DNA of 58,373 nucleotides, from contig JAGVXS010000001.1 in NCBI GenBank assembly GCA_018303685.1, forward strand, positions 1-58,373. The letters are read 5' to 3'. The position numbers and the translations under genes were made by a program. Under the pieces are notes generated by a model. It did not search any database, was not told the origin of the DNA, and was given only the letters and a program-made list of their open reading frames with translations. This DNA is from Candidatus Woesearchaeota archaeon (GTDB lineage Archaea; Nanobdellota; Nanobdellia; Woesearchaeales; GW2011-AR4). Shown here piece after piece: positions 53,166 through 58,373 of the stretch; the stretch's first letter is position 1; each line of letters begins with the position of its first letter.

Positions 53166-54367
53166 AAAAGTCCAAGTCGCAAATCACAATGCTCATGATA
53201 GTGGGCTTGGTGCTTTTTATCATTGTAAGCCTTGTTCTCTACCTTGCCAAGTCTTCAGTCAAGAAACAAAGCCAGCAGGCGACAAAAAAATCTCAAGAGA
53301 CGGCGATAGAGCTGCAGCCAATCAGGGAATTTGTGGATAAATGTCTTGACAAGACTGCAAAAGACGCTGTTGTGCTGCTGGGCAAACAAGGCGGCTACAT
53401 ATATGCAAGCCAGGGCGGCACTTTAATTGACTATGCAAAAACACACGAGGGGCTATTTTTTATCAGGCACGAAAATCTTAACGTGGCTTACAACATAATG
53501 CCGCCAAAATTCCCGGCGCCTCCTTACGCCTCTGATGTACCCGACTATCCGTGGAAGACATTCCCTTACGAGACAGAAATATCAAATGCAGAAATTTATG
53601 AGGGATTTTTCGGCACAAGCAACCTCCCGCCGCTGAACTCGTCAGAAGGGCCGAACTCGATGCAGGCGCAGATAGAGGCTTTCGTCAACCGCAACATGGC
53701 AAAATGCCTGGATTTCAGCATTTTCAGGGAGCAGGGCATAGAAGTTGAGCCAAAAGAGGCAAACACATCAGTTATAATAGGGGTTGGAGGAGTCAGCGTA
53801 AAGGCAAAGATGCCCATAGCTATAAATAATCCATCATCAAATGAATTTCTTGAAATTAGCGACTTCTCAGCCACCCTTGACATAAGGCTCAGGGAACTTC
53901 ACCTTTTTGTCAGGGATTTAATCGGCGAGGACATAAAAAATATAAAATTCGACATTGGAAACGCCAACAACAGCCAAAATTCCTTCAGGGTGAAAACTGC
54001 CAGAGACATATTTTCCAAGGACGATTTGGTGACAGTTACAGATGAAAAATCGCTGGTTTACGGGAGTCTTTACGAATACAAATTTTCAAGAAGAAACAGG
54101 GCACCTGCGCTTCATTACATAAGGCCACATGCCTTCACTTTTCCGCAGGGCTATAAAATAAATGAAACGGATTTGCTGCAGAACAAGCAGCTTAAAGCAT
54201 ACGATCCTGACGAGGACAACTACACCTTCACAATATTCGACAGCGAGCTCGGGAAGGATGCTGCGGAGTTTCCAGAGACTCTTGTTTCACCACAAATGAG
54301 ATTCAGGGTGGAAGTCAGCGACGGCAAGCTTAGGGACTACCAGATCTTGACAGTCAACAGGGAATAA
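53162..54367 (+). CDS. N-terminally anchored (pilin-like signal) protein with C-terminal cadherin-like domain
   Basis: MKKSKSQ/ITMLMIVGLVLFIIVSLVL resembles an archaeal class III signal or anchor. The C-terminus YDPDEDNYTFTIFD...FRVEVSDGKL..YQILTVN is cadherin-like. ATGA overlap with the upstream stop. Confidence 0.65.
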   Translation: MKKSKSQITMLMIVGLVLFIIVSLVLYLAKSSVKKQSQQATKKSQETAIELQPIREFVDKCLDKTAKDAVVLLGKQGGYIYASQGGTLIDYAKTHEGLFFIRHENLNVAYNIMPPKFPAPPYASDVPDYPWKTFPYETEISNAEIYEGFFGTSNLPPLNSSEGPNSMQAQIEAFVNRNMAKCLDFSIFREQGIEVEPKEANTSVIIGVGGVSVKAKMPIAINNPSSNEFLEISDFSATLDIRLRELHLFVRDLIGEDIKNIKFDIGNANNSQNSFRVKTARDIFSKDDLVTVTDEKSLVYGSLYEYKFSRRNRAPALHYIRPHAFTFPQGYKINETDLLQNKQLKAYDPDEDNYTFTIFDSELGKDAAEFPETLVSPQMRFRVEVSDGKLRDYQILTVNRE

Positions 54368-54371
54368 TAGG

Positions 54372-56567
54372 ATGAAAAAAGAGGCAATTATCTTGATTTT
54401 TGTATTTGGGACATTATTCTCTATAAATGCATTTGCTGATGACGGGTGCTGCATAAACCCAACAAGCTCTTTAGTGTGCTCAACAGAAGCATTTTCATCA
54501 AGAGACACTGACTGCTGTCCATTACAGGCAAGCTTTCCGCAGTATTACAAATCAACCCAAAACCCAAACAATCCGGCAGATTATGCCGATTGCGCAAAAA
54601 ACTTTTTTTTCAACAATACGGACTGCGGGCTTGTTGACGCGTGCAAATCAACAGGCTGCTGCTGCTCCCAGTTCGGCTGGGATATCACATCTGAGCCAAA
54701 ATGCAAGGGCACTGGGCAGATATTCCACAAGGGCGTAACCGACTGCAATCAAATCTGCGCAATCCCCCAATGCAGCGACGGCAAAGATAATGATAATAAT
54801 AATTGTATAGACTACAGCGGCGGCGATACAGGCTGCTTCGGGCCTGAAGACACGCTGGAGTCAGGCGGAATATGCTCAGGGCAGGCAACAGGCTGCAATA
54901 ACCCAAATTATGCGCCAAAGCTTACAAACCTTGAAATAACCCCTGTAAAAGGCGAGAGAAAATTCCTGCTGAAGTGGCAGGATGAGTGCAGCGAGAATTC
55001 CGCATTTTACGAGGTTTCAAGATGCACAGGCGCAGGCTGCACTAATTTTGCGCTGGTGGCAGCGACAAACACAAACTCATTTGAGGACGCCTCAGGCGAC
55101 TTATTGTTTGACACCACCTACACATATCATGTTAAGGCAAGGTACAAACTGCAGACAGCCACACCTTCAATAACACAAAAAGCAAATCTTGGCAATATAG
55201 AATGCTGGAGTCAATTCTCCTCAGACAATTTCTGCGTTCATGAGTCGTACTACACAAGGTACCAAAACTACCTTGTGCTGAATTTTCCTGATTCATTCAA
55301 AAATTTTGCAGAAGGCGTAAAGAGCAGGTTTGAAACCAAGTTCAACAAAGCGTATTCATGTGATTCATTCAACAAGCTAACCGAAAAACTTTCATGCTCC
55401 TCCACAAATCAAGTCTGCATTGTAACCAATCATATACCATCATGCCTGCCCAAGTCAAGCTGCAAGCCGGCTGGCAGCAACCCGTTTGGGATGTTTTATA
55501 CGCTTGAAACATGCGAAAGCAACAATTACTGCTTTTATGATAGGTCGCACTCAACTATAGATTCTTGCTTTGGCTGCAATCCTTCAATGTCATGCTATGA
55601 CTACAGGACAGAAGGGGCATGCACCAGAGATAACTGCAGGGTTGGCAGCTGCAGGTGGAAAAACCTGGAAAGCCAGATAGGAATAGGGATGTGCGTAAGC
55701 ACTGTACAGACAAACTGCCAGTGGTGTGAAATCAAGGGCACAAAATCCCTTGAGAACCTAAGGGCGTTCAACGAGATTTTTGACTTCTGCACAAAGGAAA
55801 AATCCGATGCGTTGTCAGAGGGCGCGTTCAGGTGCTATTTCAGCAAATCCCGCTCAAAAAGCTGCGACAGCATTGTGTGCACTGATTACGAAACAAGCCA
55901 GTGCGGCACTGCAGCACACGATATAAACAACATAATAACAAACACCATAGCGGATGAATGCAGTCTGAAAGTATGCCAGAATTTCAACGGCAAATGCGCA
56001 AAGAACTCCGACGGCGACAACAAGCAGGATTGCGCAACTTCAATATGCGAGAACGACTATTTTGCCCCGAATACCACATTGCTGCAGGTAATCAAAAAAG
56101 GGGTTACCGAAAACCTGATAGTGCAGATATATGACAAGTCAGGCATAAACAGCTCATCGGTGCTGAAGACTTCAAAGGACTATTCAACTTTCCTGTGCGT
56201 GGAGCCGTGCGGCTCGCAAGGGCACCAATATGATACTTCCACAACAAGCAGGATGATAATAATAAGCAACCTTAATGCTTATGACAGCGACACAAAAAGC
56301 AAATTGCTGGCATTCAAGGAAGGCGAAAATACTGTGAGGTATTATTCCCAAGATCCTTCGAAAAACATAGGGGAAGTTAAAAAAATAAAAATACAGGTTT
56401 ACAGCAATACAACAGGTCCAAGGGTGTTTGCAGCCAATGTCAGCGACGGCACAAAAATACTTGACAGGATTTATACAAGCAACCAGGAGCCTGAACAGAG
56501 CTTAGCGACAAAGCAATTTTTCAAGTTGCAAATACCCTGCCAAATGGGGAATACACATTTGAATTAA
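54372..56567 (+). CDS. Large secreted cysteine-rich protein, 5' segment (frame-interrupted; continues in the -1 frame)
   Basis: Signal peptide MKKEAIILIFVFGTLFSINAFA. I count about 52 Cys. It has a CSDGKDNDNNNCID metal-binding-like motif and an FN3-like segment (LEITPVKGERKFLLKWQDE...YTYHVKARY). Starts 4 nt after the upstream stop. Confidence 0.7.
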   Translation: MKKEAIILIFVFGTLFSINAFADDGCCINPTSSLVCSTEAFSSRDTDCCPLQASFPQYYKSTQNPNNPADYADCAKNFFFNNTDCGLVDACKSTGCCCSQFGWDITSEPKCKGTGQIFHKGVTDCNQICAIPQCSDGKDNDNNNCIDYSGGDTGCFGPEDTLESGGICSGQATGCNNPNYAPKLTNLEITPVKGERKFLLKWQDECSENSAFYEVSRCTGAGCTNFALVAATNTNSFEDASGDLLFDTTYTYHVKARYKLQTATPSITQKANLGNIECWSQFSSDNFCVHESYYTRYQNYLVLNFPDSFKNFAEGVKSRFETKFNKAYSCDSFNKLTEKLSCSSTNQVCIVTNHIPSCLPKSSCKPAGSNPFGMFYTLETCESNNYCFYDRSHSTIDSCFGCNPSMSCYDYRTEGACTRDNCRVGSCRWKNLESQIGIGMCVSTVQTNCQWCEIKGTKSLENLRAFNEIFDFCTKEKSDALSEGAFRCYFSKSRSKSCDSIVCTDYETSQCGTAAHDINNIITNTIADECSLKVCQNFNGKCAKNSDGDNKQDCATSICENDYFAPNTTLLQVIKKGVTENLIVQIYDKSGINSSSVLKTSKDYSTFLCVEPCGSQGHQYDTSTTSRMIIISNLNAYDSDTKSKLLAFKEGENTVRYYSQDPSKNIGEVKKIKIQVYSNTTGPRVFAANVSDGTKILDRIYTSNQEPEQSLATKQFFKLQIPCQMGNTHLN

Positions 56568-58373
56568 ACGCCAAGAACGACAAAAATATACCAATGGACC
56601 CGCCGTTGGCGCAAGTGATTGTGATTGACAATACAAAGCCTACACTTGTCATAGAGCCAGCAAATGGCACAATAATCAACAAGTCTTCAGTTCCCATCAA
56701 GCTGGCATTCGACAAGGAAATGGACAGGAATTCCCTATCAGTAAAATTAAACTCTGAAGAGATAAAAGACAAGTTTGCCACGACAAACAACAAGGTATTT
56801 GATGCAGCTATAAATATGCCAGACGGCAGCAAGAGGCTCGATGTCGAGGCAAAAGACTATTCGAAAAATTTTATACAAGGGACATCGCAATTTGTTGTGG
56901 ACGCAAACCCCACTTTAATGAGATTGGTTAATCCTAAGTTTGGCATATCGCCAAAGTACACATTTGACATTGCCGTTGAGACAGACAATGACGCAGAGTG
57001 CAGGTATTCGCTGGACACAATCTACGAATACAATCTCATGGAGAAGTTTCCATTGTCCGGAGGCACAATTCATAATGCCTCAAACTTTAACAAGATAGCC
57101 AGCGGCGACACTGGCGTGCATAAGTTGCATGTCAAGTGCAAAGACAGGAGAGGGGAGTCATTAAAATCCTTTGACATAAGCGTTGACCAGTCGCCTCCTA
57201 TGGTTAAAAACGCTTTTGCATATCCAAATCCAGTAGTCGAAGAGCCGCCAGCCACGGCATTGACTATGGAGTCTGACGAGCCGGTTATATGCAAATTCAG
57301 CACCCAGGCAAGGCAGTTTGACGGAATGGAAGGCAAGTTTGAGGGCTTTGACAACAGCACCTTTAAAGCCATAAACAAGCAGCAGGTTGCATTGCCGGGT
57401 GAAGGGAAATATACATACTACACAGCCTGCAAAAACAAGGCTGGACTCGAATCAGCAACAAGCAACATCTCAGTCAATGTCAATTTTACGATTGCAATGG
57501 ACGTAAAATCACATACCCCTGAGTTCTTCAACTCGACAAATGTGGTGCTTGCTGTCGAGACAAACAAGAATGCGCAATGCCAATTTTCAGAGACAGACAC
57601 AACAGCAAGAAGCGGCGAGCTGTTCGGACCGCAGGGCTATGCACATACAAAAAATGTAATTTCAACACATGGCAAACACACATTTTATGTTGTATGCAAG
57701 GACCTAAAAGGTTACTCTGACGTAAAAACAATCAGCTTTGTTGTGGACTTGACAAAGCCATTGATGCTTTTCGTCAATGACTCCTATGAGGGCAAGGAAA
57801 AGACATGCCTGACAGACAGGCTTAGGGTCAAGTGGCTTGGCAAAGACGACGATTCGGGAATAAAAGAGTATGTATATTTCATAATTAAAAAAGCGAATAA
57901 CCAGCAAATTGTGAGCCTGGCAAGAAGCTTTATCGGAGGCGAATGGCTGTGGGTAGAGAACCTGAGCCTGGAAGACAATACAAACTACTATTTCAGGGCA
58001 AGCGCAAAAAATTATGTTGGTTTGGAAAGTGAGTCCAAGGAAAGCAACGGCGTAACAACCGATACATTGTCCTGCAGGCCCAAGCCGGTCTGCGGCGACT
58101 CCATGATAAACCAACCAGGCGAGGAATGCGACTTGGGTGCATTCGGCTCTATAAACCGCTGCACACAATATACAAACTTCATAGGCGGCACTTTGAAGTG
58201 TGCATCGGACTGTAGGCTTGACCCGTCGGAATGCGTGAAAGCGCCTTCATGCGGCAACGGCGCAATTGACACTAGAGAAGCCTGCGACGGCAACAGCTTC
58301 GGCAAAATAAAAACATGCTCCGACTACAGCCCCTCGCTTACAGGAGGAAACCTCAAATGCACTTCATGCCAGC
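56495..58373 (+). CDS. 3' continuation of the cysteine-rich surface protein (open to the window end; absent from the supplied ORF track)
   Basis: Hand translation from 56495 shows no stop through 58373. Content is Ig-like (TLPNGEYTFELNAKND..VIDNTKPTL), three approximately 96-aa repeats, an FN3-like segment and two CG(D/N)-type Cys repeats. The first in-frame ATG (56594) has no signal peptide. Confidence 0.7.

Noticed and set aside
57704-58305. Minus-strand ORFs of 154 and 97 aa near the window end
   Set aside because: They are antisense to the long open plus-strand frame, which shows clear domain repeats and Cys motifs.
1-58373. rRNA, tRNA, SRP/RNase P RNA, transposases, integrases
   Set aside because: The intergenic spaces are short (the largest are about 270, 250, 220 and 205 bp), and none shows a tRNA cloverleaf pattern or GC-rich structured-RNA character by eye. 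No ORF resembles a DDE/IS transposase or a tyrosine/serine recombinase. A covariance-model scan would be needed to exclude small RNAs formally.

Overview
This is an archaeal chromosomal segment. It carries PolD DP1/DP2, Orc1/Cdc6, MCM, TBP, aIF2-beta, SUI1 and the archaea-specific r-proteins L14e, L34e, L19e, L32e and S4e. Assignment to a small-genome uncultivated lineage (DPANN-like) is inference only. Layout: (1) 1-1.6 kb, an AT-rich islet with a HEPN protein and a zinc-ribbon nuclease. (2) 3.1-14.4 kb, a tightly packed 10-gene shikimate/Phe/Tyr operon running straight into pheS-pheT, preceded by a Phe/Tyr-rich upstream ORF. (3) 15.3-30.9 kb, the L3-to-L15 ribosomal protein cluster with secY, all on the minus strand. 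(4) about 32.6 kb, a candidate replication origin: two inverted ORB-like boxes around an AT-rich palindromic spacer, directly upstream of cdc6-polD. (5) 39-40.8 kb, an AT-rich vapBC/nuclease islet. (6) 41-46.5 kb, aIF2-beta, a SpoIIM-like protein, an MCM/RPA-like operon, TBP and RNase P Rpp30. (7) 46.5-50.4 kb, a polyamine module with two membrane-fused aminopropyltransferases and speD. (8) 50.5 kb to the window end, co-directional genes for very large cysteine-rich secreted or anchored proteins; the last gene is frame-interrupted and its continuation (56495 to the window end) is missing from the supplied ORF track. I found no rRNA, tRNA, CRISPR array or transposase by eye. All homology calls come from reading the translations, not from database searches.
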